Shown one piece after another: positions 55,593-64,000 of a stretch of 64,000 nucleotides of DNA. The notes under the pieces are model-generated. The model searched no databases. It saw only the letters and a program-made list of their open reading frames with translations, and was not told where the DNA came from. The position numbers and the translations under genes are program-made. Every line of letters begins with the position of its first letter. The stretch's first letter is position 1. The stretch is taken from positions 15,907-79,906 of the forward strand of contig JAUVDV010000004.1 in NCBI GenBank assembly GCA_030595125.1, given 5' to 3'. This DNA is from Deltaproteobacteria bacterium (GTDB taxonomy: Bacteria; Myxococcota_A; Polyangia; JAAYKL01).

Positions 55593-58115
55593 ATGAAGAT
55601 TCATCGTTCTCAGGTTATTACGTTCCTGTCCGTGGCCCTTGCCGCCGTCCTGGTATCACTTGTGGGAACCGGACCTGGTTCCCACGAAGAAACGCTTGAA
55701 CTCCAGATCGGGAAGGTGTTCGGCATGACGGTCAAGCCGGGTACTCTGGTGTGGACACAGGGTGAGCGGGAGGCGGGTCTCGGTACCGCGATTCTTCGTT
55801 CTGAAGTGGCTTTCCTGGCCTCGTCCGGTTCAAATTCAGGGTGCGACCTGTACCGGGCGCAGGTGAGAGTGAGACCCGGCGCGAATCTGGTCTCCGCAGG
55901 TTCACTTCACAACCTCACCGACTCCTGTGCGGGCGATGACTACATCATCGCCGCATCTGCACACTATGTGGTCGTGGGAACAAGGGTCCTGGATCAGGTT
56001 CGTTCCCTCACCATCTTCGATTTCAGCGGCCAGCGGTTTCCCGGCAACGATTGGTCGACGTTACAGCGCGTTCTGGCAAGGGTTACTGATCTTCAGAGGA
56101 CCGGCAGGTGGTCGGGAATCGAACGCATGAATGTGCGCTTCGACAAACCGCCGACGGACGTGAAGCTCATGTTCCTGGAGGAAAACAACCACCCGTCGTT
56201 GCTCGTAGAATTATCGTACGCGGCCGGTGTGCAGCAACTGGCGACCATCGATCCTGAGACCGGCGTTTCGAGAAATGATAACGTGGAAGTGGTGAAGGAG
56301 GTTCGCCTGCCCAAGCGACCGATATTGTGGCTGGTGGACACCGTTCGCGCCATACCCTGGATCGGCCCGGGACCAATCGAGTGGGCAGAGGGGCGGTTTT
56401 TCGCCCTTCGAGACCGGATGCGAAGATTCGCGTACAAGCTCAGGGGAGAAGATGACCTCGAAGAGGACGGGGATGAGCCGCAGTTCAAGGCGCTTTACTC
56501 GGAGCAGATCCAGCTGGCCCCGGGGCTGCAGGTCGGGCAAGAACCGAAACCCGTACCATGGCCGCCGGATCCCATCGAGCCCCCCGTCTTCAAAAAGCTG
56601 AGGAAGGGCGAGGGAACATGGCTCCCCGGGGTTCCCGAGTTCGTCAGGACGTTGCCCGGAGCGCCGCCGGTGGTGTACCGGACCTTCGTGCGAAGCGATA
56701 TCAGGCGACCTTATGTGAGAGTCAAGCTACTGGCCATGGACATGCGGCAGCTGGATCTTCACATGGTGGCGGGCCACGAGGATCCGCGCTCGACGACAGG
56801 ATCAACCGGAACCGGAAAAATCCCGCGCGATCCCAAGATCCTCCAGAGGATAGTCGCGGCGTTCAACGGAGCTTTCAAGACGGAGCACGGCGCATACGGG
56901 ATGATGGTGGAACGCAACGTTCTACTGCCCCCGAAAGACGACGCGGCCACCGTCGCGACCTACGACGACGGAACGGTGTCAATGGGCTCGTGGCCGAAGA
57001 ATATCGAAATCCCCAAAGATATGCTCTCGTACCGCCAGAACATAGATCCCCTGGTGGAGGACGGTGTGGTCAACCCGCGTCGGCGCTACCTCTGGGGGTT
57101 CACTCTCGACGAGGACATCCGCAACATGAACACGATCCGTTCGGGGATCTGTATGCACGAAGCCGGTCACCTGATCTACGCATGGGGAGAGGATCTCACG
57201 GCCGGAACCCTTGGCATCGCCATGAACGCAGCCGGTTGCGTGTACGGCATGCACCTGGACATGAACCCTTTCCACACGGCCTTCATCTTTTACCGGTTCC
57301 AGGACGAGCTGAAGAAATCGGGGCGACCCGAGTTCAAAGGAGAGGTCGTATTGAAGGAGATGCGGTTCTCACCGAACAGGTACGTGAACGGAGCCCCGAA
57401 AGATTTCTTCTTTGTAACCCTGAAGGACACGTCGCCCCCGGGGGATGGGTGGACATCAAAGGACCTTGCTCAGCCTGCACCCGCCTTTATACCGGCGATC
57501 TTCACCAGGAAGATCGGCGACGCACAGGTGGTGGCGGCGGACCTCTCGAGGACCGAGGCCTCGATATTCCCCGGAGAGATCCCGGAGTCTTTCAACTCGG
57601 GCCCCATGACGGATAAAAAAAGTGACGACGGTGATCTTCTCGTTGAAATCGCCCTGGGAAAGTGGTCTTCCGGACGCGGCCAGATGTCTCAGGGGGCGGT
57701 GGTGGCCACCCTCGACAGGGAAAGGTCGACTTTGACCGTGAGCAATTCGGGATCACCGAAAATAACTTCCTGGGCCGATGAGAGCAACATTGCAAACGCG
57801 GTGCAGGGCGACTGGATCATACGGGAGGGAACCGGGATGGGCGGTCACGGCGACATAGTAGGCGTGGGAATTCACGACGACGGCTGGCTGATCATCTGCG
57901 AGGGTAGCTGGTCTGCGGTGACCGGCGCCCTGACCGAGCTCGGTGTGAAACGGGCGATCTCGTTCAGACCGGAGCCGGGCGGGTCCGGGGCAGTTGTTCG
58001 CAAGGAGACCGGGATGGTTGACTTCGTCGGCCGGGCGGTGACCGTGCGGGATCCCACCACTACCACATTGCGCCTTTGCGCCGACCCGAAACACCTCGGA
58101 GGGATACGCTTGTAG
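55593..58115 (+). CDS. Phosphodiester glycosidase (NAGPA/DUF2233-like) family protein
   Basis: MDMRQLDLHMVAG, AAFNGAFKTEHGAYGM, YRQNIDPLV, TIRSGIC, AGCVYGMHLDMN; N-terminal signal/TM. Start uncertain. Confidence 0.7.
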   Translation: MKIHRSQVITFLSVALAAVLVSLVGTGPGSHEETLELQIGKVFGMTVKPGTLVWTQGEREAGLGTAILRSEVAFLASSGSNSGCDLYRAQVRVRPGANLVSAGSLHNLTDSCAGDDYIIAASAHYVVVGTRVLDQVRSLTIFDFSGQRFPGNDWSTLQRVLARVTDLQRTGRWSGIERMNVRFDKPPTDVKLMFLEENNHPSLLVELSYAAGVQQLATIDPETGVSRNDNVEVVKEVRLPKRPILWLVDTVRAIPWIGPGPIEWAEGRFFALRDRMRRFAYKLRGEDDLEEDGDEPQFKALYSEQIQLAPGLQVGQEPKPVPWPPDPIEPPVFKKLRKGEGTWLPGVPEFVRTLPGAPPVVYRTFVRSDIRRPYVRVKLLAMDMRQLDLHMVAGHEDPRSTTGSTGTGKIPRDPKILQRIVAAFNGAFKTEHGAYGMMVERNVLLPPKDDAATVATYDDGTVSMGSWPKNIEIPKDMLSYRQNIDPLVEDGVVNPRRRYLWGFTLDEDIRNMNTIRSGICMHEAGHLIYAWGEDLTAGTLGIAMNAAGCVYGMHLDMNPFHTAFIFYRFQDELKKSGRPEFKGEVVLKEMRFSPNRYVNGAPKDFFFVTLKDTSPPGDGWTSKDLAQPAPAFIPAIFTRKIGDAQVVAADLSRTEASIFPGEIPESFNSGPMTDKKSDDGDLLVEIALGKWSSGRGQMSQGAVVATLDRERSTLTVSNSGSPKITSWADESNIANAVQGDWIIREGTGMGGHGDIVGVGIHDDGWLIICEGSWSAVTGALTELGVKRAISFRPEPGGSGAVVRKETGMVDFVGRAVTVRDPTTTTLRLCADPKHLGGIRL

Positions 58116-58176
58116 CCGGTGATGTGCTAATTATATTTACTATCCAAAGCTCATTAGGGATACTTGAACACTGAAT

Positions 58177-58743
58177 ATGAATAAATCCGGCGCAAACTCT
58201 CCATTGCTGGGATACAACACGAACGTCAAACACGACAGCCACGTGTTTCATATCCAGACAGAAGATTCCGGTCGGGATCACCCTCACATCATCACCCACC
58301 TGTTCACCAGCGGCACTATCCTGGCCACCAAGAAGACCGCCTACAAAGAATATCTTGAACGTGACCGCTGGGAAGATCAGGTCAAACAGCTGATGAAGGA
58401 TCAGCACAAGGCGATGTTCGTGGAGTTGAGAGACGGTGTGCACGACTCGTTCGCCGCGAGGATCCTTGGTGTTCAGATAGGAGACTGTGTTCCCGAAGGT
58501 GGCGAAGCCCCGGCCATCAGCGCCGACGCTCCTCCCGCGCCTTCAGACAACGTGCAGGTGATCGCGCCCGCAGATATGGTGGATGACCGCTCCAAAACGA
58601 CACCTCCAAAAGAACAAAAAAGCTACGGGAAATCCATCTTTGATGCGCCGGACAGGGACAGCACTTTCGGCGAGAGCCTGATCAGTGACAAGTCCCTCGA
58701 CGAAGTGATAATGACCTACCTCAAGGACGAACTCGGCGACTGA
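58177..58743 (+). CDS. Conserved hypothetical cytoplasmic protein
   Basis: Folded-looking N-terminal domain GYNTNVKH...HIQTEDSG...THLF, a Pro/Ala linker and a C-terminal helix FGESLISDKSLDEVIMTYL. Confidence 0.75.
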   Translation: MNKSGANSPLLGYNTNVKHDSHVFHIQTEDSGRDHPHIITHLFTSGTILATKKTAYKEYLERDRWEDQVKQLMKDQHKAMFVELRDGVHDSFAARILGVQIGDCVPEGGEAPAISADAPPAPSDNVQVIAPADMVDDRSKTTPPKEQKSYGKSIFDAPDRDSTFGESLISDKSLDEVIMTYLKDELGD

Positions 58744-58815
58744 CCCCATCATCTTTATTTGAACGATGTCGTCGGTTTCGTGATAAATTCGTAATTGGAC
58801 TGAAGGAGGTTTCCG

Positions 58816-59442
58816 ATGCGAGGGATTGTTCTGATACTGGTGGTTTCGATGACAGCCGGACTTGCTCTGGGCTGCACCACTTCAACCATGACGAAAAATG
58901 ATCCGGAGGAGGACGCGGGAGATACCGACGTGGACAGCGACTCCGACAGCGACTCCGACAGTGACTCCGACTCCGACAGTGACTCCGATACGGATACGGA
59001 TACGGACACTGATACGGACACGGACGCCGAATCCTGTCCCTACGCATGCGTCAGCCAATCCGTTTGTGACGGACAGAGCGGAACCGTTCATTCCAGCTAC
59101 GTGTGCACAACCTCCGGCACGGTTTGCTGCGAAATCGACATCGACACGGACACCGGCTCGGACACGGATTCGGACACCTCGGGGCCGGCATGCACCGGCG
59201 ACCTGCAGTGCATTTCCTCGTATCCGAATATCGCGTGCTGCAACAACGTCTGCGTGAACCCGATCAACAATGTCGGTCACTGCGGGGTATGCAACAATGA
59301 CTGCGTGGTCGCCGAGACTGGCAACAAGTGCACCCTGGGCGAGTGCAACTGCGGCCCGCTCGGAGTCGAAGGGGCATGCGACCCGCCCACTTCTTGCTGC
59401 CAGCTGGTTTTTTTCGTGTGGGTCTGCGATACCTGCTACTGA
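58816..59442 (+). CDS. Cys-rich lipoprotein with an Asp-Ser/Asp-Thr repeat stalk
   Basis: AAGGAGG SD; lipobox ALGC; (DS)n(DT)n run; CVNPINNVGHCGVCNNDC resembles the Stig1/myxobacterial Cys-rich motif. Confidence 0.85.
   Translation: MRGIVLILVVSMTAGLALGCTTSTMTKNDPEEDAGDTDVDSDSDSDSDSDSDSDSDSDTDTDTDTDTDTDAESCPYACVSQSVCDGQSGTVHSSYVCTTSGTVCCEIDIDTDTGSDTDSDTSGPACTGDLQCISSYPNIACCNNVCVNPINNVGHCGVCNNDCVVAETGNKCTLGECNCGPLGVEGACDPPTSCCQLVFFVWVCDTCY
58921..59026. repeat. Hexanucleotide-period coding repeat (GACTCC/GACAGY/GATACG)
   Basis: Encodes DSDSDS...DTDTDT; synonymous variation between units. Confidence 0.85.
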
Positions 59443-60017
59443 CGCCTGGAAGATCTCGGCGCCGAAACCCAACTACAGTCTTTCACAAAAAAACGGCGGA
59501 GCGCACTTGCCCACTCGCCGGCGTAGGCAACCCCTATCCTCGCCGAACAATCTATCAGGGGTTCGCCCATATCCCGGGGGGCCACGTAGAGGGGCGGCCG
59601 GGTGATATCAACCCTGTCATGGCTCCGGTCGATCCCCATAGCCCGTGTGAGCCTCCCCGGGCCCTGAGTGGATACATCTATTCCCGCCACCGGTTCCAGG
59701 GCGCGAATCAATACGGCAGCCGGATAGTCCTTCTCCCGGGTGACGAAGTTGAGGCAGTGATGCATGCCGTATATCAGGTAGACATATGCGTGACCGGGTT
59801 CCTGGAACATCACCTCGTTCCTTGGAGTTTTCCTGCGCGATGCGTGGCTGGCCCGATCATCGAACCCGTCATAGGCTTCGGTTTCCACTATTCTGCCCAC
59901 GAGGGTCTTGCCAGCCACCTCGTGCACCAGCAGACACCCCAGAAGATCCTTTGCCACCGCCAGAGTCGAACGGTCGTAAAAATCCCTGCGTAGCCGGTGC
60001 ATCCGGTGTTTATTCAT
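59436..60017 (-). CDS. mpg: DNA-3-methyladenine glycosylase (MPG/AAG family)
   Basis: FYDRSTLAVAKDLLG, GRIVETEAY, SHA, YVYLIYGMHHCLN, AVLIRALEP, GPGRL, RIGV. Start 60017 or 60002. Confidence 0.95.
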   Translation of the reverse strand: MNKHRMHRLRRDFYDRSTLAVAKDLLGCLLVHEVAGKTLVGRIVETEAYDGFDDRASHASRRKTPRNEVMFQEPGHAYVYLIYGMHHCLNFVTREKDYPAAVLIRALEPVAGIDVSTQGPGRLTRAMGIDRSHDRVDITRPPLYVAPRDMGEPLIDCSARIGVAYAGEWASALRRFFVKDCSWVSAPRSSRRQ

Positions 60018-62451
60018 TAACGTCCCGGGAATTTCCACATCGTTTGCCGAGGGTGGACAGCGCCGCTTTTATTGCCCGATCGGTCGAAGGGTTCGATCGT
60101 TTCGCGGCCTTCACCAGGAGCTCCTCGGCCCGATCCGTGCCGATGGCGCCCATCGCCGCAGATGCCGCAATCGCGGCCTCGATCTCCTCCGCGCTCGCCA
60201 GTTGTTCGGCGCCCGTCTTCAACACCCCGAACAGGAGGTCCACTGCGGAGTCCTGACATCGCGCACCGGCCGCATGCGCGGCGGCGGTCACCACAGCGAG
60301 GTCTTCTTTCTCGTCTGCAATCGCACCTTCTACAATATCGTCGAGGCCGGGGAAGCGAACACGGGAGGCGCTCTTCATGGCAGCCAGTCTGACGTGAAAG
60401 GAGTCATCCCTCGCGGCCTTCGAGATGATGGCCACCGCCGCATCTTCTTCCAGCCTGGCGCCGATCTGCGTCACCTCCGAACGTATTATTGGCCAGTTAT
60501 CATCGTTGATCAGCCGTATCATCGGGTCTAACGGGATCCGCGAGGAGTCCAGTCGGGCAAACACCTCCAGCGCTACCAGCCTTACCTGGGGGACCTCGTC
60601 CGCAAGCGCCGCTTCGAGCCCGGCCTCCGCCTTCCGGTCGTCCGAATGGAGTAACAGTCCCGCCACCGCTACCGCCCGAAGGACGTGATCCGGATCCCCC
60701 AGGGTCTCATGAAGATACTCGAGGGCGGGAGGGCAGGGCAGGGCAGCAATCACGCCAAGCAGGCGATAACGATCGTTGAAATCGGTGGACGCGGCGTACA
60801 TGGATCCGGCGAGATCGACCAGGCGATCATTCAGGGACACTATACCGGTTGCCGCTCGCATGAGATCGATGACCCGTTCGTTGTGTTCGCTCTTCGAAGC
60901 GTTCTCTATCCCGGTCCAGAGGGTCTTCGCGTGTTCTTCAGATCGCGTTGCCGACCGACCGATGAGTTCGCGCAGAAGCTTGCGGCGCTCCCGTCCGCCC
61001 TTCCCGACCACTGAGATCAACCCGGTGAGGGCCTTTTCGCTGGAGAGCCCGGCCAGTACCCGAGCGGCCTTATCAAATCTGGACTCGACGGTGCTGCTCA
61101 GAAATCCCACCATCGCTGTAACCCCGACATCTCCGGCGCTCTCGATCGCGCGCGTTGCGATCCTGGACAGTATTTCGTCGTCGTCGACGGCGGCCTGCGC
61201 GAGTATTTCGATACTCGCAACCGGCCCCGCCTCTGCCAGCACCCGCGCGGCCCGCCTGCGGCCCGTGATGTCCAGCTGCGGCCACGCGTCCGAGATCGGC
61301 TCCACCGCATCTTTCCCGATTCCCCGCAGCAATGCGACGGCCTGCTCACCCCTCTCGTCGGAAGACAGATCGGCCGCCAGCCGCGCCAGCCCGCCGGGGG
61401 AATCCACCTCGGTCAGGACCACGATCTCACTCAACGCCACCGGCCTGCCCGATGCGGGATTCGAGCTGGTTTCCATCACCAGGGACATGCAATCGGTGCG
61501 CACAGGCTTGGGGAGCTCGAACCAGATGGTTTCGCGAACATCGGGCTTCGTCGGGAACACCAGCCGAAACACCTGGTCGCCTGCCGCCAGAAGAATGGTC
61601 GCGGGACGATCGAGCTTTCCGGTTTTCCTCCCTGTGCGCGTGGGCAAAATGCCAATTGTGGCGATCCCATATACCGATGCGTTGGCAAAGAAGGAGGCAA
61701 ACTCTCCGGCGCCGTTCCCGTTGCCCGGAAACCACGCGGTGTCATCGTCACCATCAATCAGGGCCGCAGGAGGGGTCAGCAGGATGGGATCGTTCCGATC
61801 TCCGGCCATGTGGGACACTCCGGTGGGAATGAGAGTCCGCAGTAACGCCACAGTGGATGATCCCGCCGATCCGACCTGTCCGGTAAGTTCCTTCGCCTCG
61901 TTCAACCCGGGTCGGCGAGCTGCTATTGGCCGCAACCTGGAGGTACCGGGGTCGTACACCTCTCTGAATAGCAGGGGAGGATCGTCTACCGTGCAAAGAC
62001 GCACGGACTCGACGGTACGGCCCACGACGATCTCCGGCAGACCATCACCAGACAGATCGACGAATTGAATGCCCCACCCGATTCGCTCTCCAATGTCACC
62101 CGCCGGAGTGACCGACCCGCTCCAGACCGGCTTCATTTTATTCTTGCCGTCCTCGCGAACCGCCACCGCCTCGTGCCGACCGCCCCCCTCCAGCCCCAGC
62201 TTGACGTGCACCGCGGTCATGCCGCCGGCCATCGGGTGAATACTCAGATCCTTCGTCAACACCACGGAATCAGAATCCATTATCCGGGTAGAGCTCGTCT
62301 TCCCGTCCATTTTCAGCACCAGATTTGCGCCCGCCAAAGAAACCGTCGCCCCGTCGGAAAGCTCTGCCTTTTCGTCGGCGTGGGCATCCAACACGCAGAT
62401 CGACGCCAGGAAGAACACCGCAGCCCGGGTTATGGATAATACGTCAGTCAA
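60010..62451 (-). CDS. Secreted protein with an FG-GAP-like motif, a discoidin-like domain and C-terminal HEAT repeats
   Basis: Probable TTG start overlapping the ABC stop; signal peptide ending in DAHA; DLSGDGLPEIV; ALIDGDDDTAW...GEF; HEAT units such as LGDPDHVLRAVAVAGL. Confidence 0.75.
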   Translation of the reverse strand: MTDVLSITRAAVFFLASICVLDAHADEKAELSDGATVSLAGANLVLKMDGKTSSTRIMDSDSVVLTKDLSIHPMAGGMTAVHVKLGLEGGGRHEAVAVREDGKNKMKPVWSGSVTPAGDIGERIGWGIQFVDLSGDGLPEIVVGRTVESVRLCTVDDPPLLFREVYDPGTSRLRPIAARRPGLNEAKELTGQVGSAGSSTVALLRTLIPTGVSHMAGDRNDPILLTPPAALIDGDDDTAWFPGNGNGAGEFASFFANASVYGIATIGILPTRTGRKTGKLDRPATILLAAGDQVFRLVFPTKPDVRETIWFELPKPVRTDCMSLVMETSSNPASGRPVALSEIVVLTEVDSPGGLARLAADLSSDERGEQAVALLRGIGKDAVEPISDAWPQLDITGRRRAARVLAEAGPVASIEILAQAAVDDDEILSRIATRAIESAGDVGVTAMVGFLSSTVESRFDKAARVLAGLSSEKALTGLISVVGKGGRERRKLLRELIGRSATRSEEHAKTLWTGIENASKSEHNERVIDLMRAATGIVSLNDRLVDLAGSMYAASTDFNDRYRLLGVIAALPCPPALEYLHETLGDPDHVLRAVAVAGLLLHSDDRKAEAGLEAALADEVPQVRLVALEVFARLDSSRIPLDPMIRLINDDNWPIIRSEVTQIGARLEEDAAVAIISKAARDDSFHVRLAAMKSASRVRFPGLDDIVEGAIADEKEDLAVVTAAAHAAGARCQDSAVDLLFGVLKTGAEQLASAEEIEAAIAASAAMGAIGTDRAEELLVKAAKRSNPSTDRAIKAALSTLGKRCGNSRDVNE

Positions 62452-64000
62452 CGCTCTCCTCCTGATTTGTGGACGTGCCGAACAGGCGAACCAAATGGGC
62501 ATCCGAGTCGAGAAGATCTTTCGAAGGGCCGCATACCTTTACCGCTCCATCCTCCAACAGTACCACCGTTTGCGCCCATCGGGCGGTCGATTTTCGGTGC
62601 GTCACCACGAGCACGGATCGATCTCCAAGATACTCGGTGAGCCCTTCCACCAGGCTCTTCTCCGTCGCGCCGTCGAGGGACGCTGTCACCTCGTCGAGCA
62701 AAAGCACCGGCGCGTCGCTGAGCAACGCCCGGGCAAGACAGACCCGTTGTCTCTGACCCATCGACAGTTTTCGCCCCCCCAGGCCCACACGTGTGGCGAG
62801 ACCCTTTTCGAACCTGTCCGAAAACTCGCATACACCGGCTGCGCGGCAGGCCGACTCGACCTCGTCGAGTGAGGCATCGGAACGACCGCACCTCACGTTG
62901 CCGATGATATCATCGTCGAAGAGAAACGGCTCCTGTGAAACCGGCGCGAAGATGCGGCGCGCGGACCCCGGGTCGACCGGATAGGGCACGCCGTTCACTA
63001 TTAACTCTCCATTGCTGGGTTTGAGGAGGCCGATGAGGAGGTTTACCAGAGTTGTCTTTCCGGCGCCCGAGGCGCCCACCACGGCTACGCGGGAACCGGG
63101 GGGGATATTGAGGTCCAGGTTCTTGAGCACCGGCTCCCCGCCGCTGTAACCCACCTCGATACCCCTGAGTGCCAATCCTGGAATTCCCGATGAACCGCCC
63201 ACACCGCCAAGTTCCGGGATCGGCTCGGGGAGTTCCCCGGATCCGGTGAGCGATCGGATCCGGTCCAGGGCAGCGAGTCCGTACTGAATTGTATGCTGAG
63301 CCTGGCCCAAACCCTTGACGGGCTGGTACAGGAGCACAAGCGCTGTGAAGAAGGAGATGATCACTTCGGGCGCGACGGCGCCCTGGTCGACCCGGACATG
63401 AGCGTACCACAACGTCACCGCCAGAGCCCCCGCTCCAAGGATCTCGTTCAGCGGCGACGACATTGCCTTCAGAACCAGGGCCCTCACCGCCCTCCTCATC
63501 AGCCCGACGCTGCGCTTCTCGAAACGGTCGGTCATGAGGCCCTGCGCTCCGAAAGATTGTATCACCCCGAGGCCGTTCGACGTCTCCTCCACGGTCTCGC
63601 TCAGGCTGCCGAACGCCTGGTACACCTTGCTCTTGCGCCGCCGCAACTCACGGCCGATCCGGATGATGATCAAGGCTACCGGAGGGAAGGCCGCGAGACC
63701 CACCAGACCCAGGACGGGATCCAGCATGAGCGCGAGACCCGCCAGAGCGATGATCTGGAGCGTGTCGCGAAAAACCGCAAGCAACCCTCCGGTAATCGCA
63801 AGCTCCACGTTTTCCACGTCGACCGTAAACCGGGACACCAGTTCCCCGGTGGAGGGTGTGCTTGCAGCAAGAGGGTTGAGCCGTAGCAAACCAACGTACA
63901 TTTCCCTGCGCAACCGACAGAGTATCATCTGGCCGGCCCCCACCGAGAACAGCCTCTGTCCGAAAAAGAAGATACCCTTCACCGCGGCGACACCCACGAT
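62444..64000 (-). CDS. MsbA-like ABC exporter (fused TMD-NBD), 5' end outside the window
   Basis: TMD GELVSRFTVDV...; Walker A GASGAGKTT, signature LSMGQRQR, Walker B LLLDE; frame open to base 64000. Confidence 0.9.
   Translation of the reverse strand: MVGVAAVKGIFFFGQRLFSVGAGQMILCRLRREMYVGLLRLNPLAASTPSTGELVSRFTVDVENVELAITGGLLAVFRDTLQIIALAGLALMLDPVLGLVGLAAFPPVALIIIRIGRELRRRKSKVYQAFGSLSETVEETSNGLGVIQSFGAQGLMTDRFEKRSVGLMRRAVRALVLKAMSSPLNEILGAGALAVTLWYAHVRVDQGAVAPEVIISFFTALVLLYQPVKGLGQAQHTIQYGLAALDRIRSLTGSGELPEPIPELGGVGGSSGIPGLALRGIEVGYSGGEPVLKNLDLNIPPGSRVAVVGASGAGKTTLVNLLIGLLKPSNGELIVNGVPYPVDPGSARRIFAPVSQEPFLFDDDIIGNVRCGRSDASLDEVESACRAAGVCEFSDRFEKGLATRVGLGGRKLSMGQRQRVCLARALLSDAPVLLLDEVTASLDGATEKSLVEGLTEYLGDRSVLVVTHRKSTARWAQTVVLLEDGAVKVCGPSKDLLDSDAHLVRLFGTSTNQEESVD

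Noticed and set aside
60776-62068. 430-aa plus-strand ORF, and similar long antisense ORFs at 552-1472, 13496-14653, 21612-23003 and 56558-57616
   Set aside because: They lie opposite well-supported genes, have no motifs or SD, and are expected from stop-codon scarcity in GC-rich DNA.

Overview
This 64 kb window is gene-dense bacterial DNA of about 60% GC (hand-counted sample lines only). It most likely comes from a Myxococcota-type deltaproteobacterium; this is inferred from a Pph1-like phosphatase, an AgmK-like 3730-aa TPR protein, a specialised Hsp70 paralogue and (DS/DT)n Cys-rich lipoproteins. I found no rRNA, tRNA, CRISPR array, integrase or transposase. Core genes are ihfB/HU, uvrC, gyrA, mpg and an MsbA-like exporter. 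Two regions stand out. (1) 438-8489 is a co-directional run ending in a translationally coupled pair. One gene encodes an HSP90-like GHKL ATPase fused, across two predicted TM helices, to a transglutaminase-like domain with an intact Cys-His-Asp triad. The other encodes a soluble paralogue whose ATPase motifs are eroded. Upstream lie an ABC1 kinase, a PP2C phosphatase and a low-complexity membrane protein carrying repeated KTxxG motifs. (2) 15.3-28.6 kb is a compositionally distinct cluster inserted after uvrC. It holds two Thr-type sulfatase-like lipoproteins, three SPASM/twitch radical SAM enzymes, a B12-binding radical SAM enzyme, an AttH/CrtC-like protein, a GT-C glycosyltransferase, a UbiA prenyltransferase, a GT2 and a UDP-xylose-synthase-like enzyme. 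It looks like an undescribed envelope glycolipid/glycan modification pathway. All family calls come from motifs read by eye; no database searches were run.
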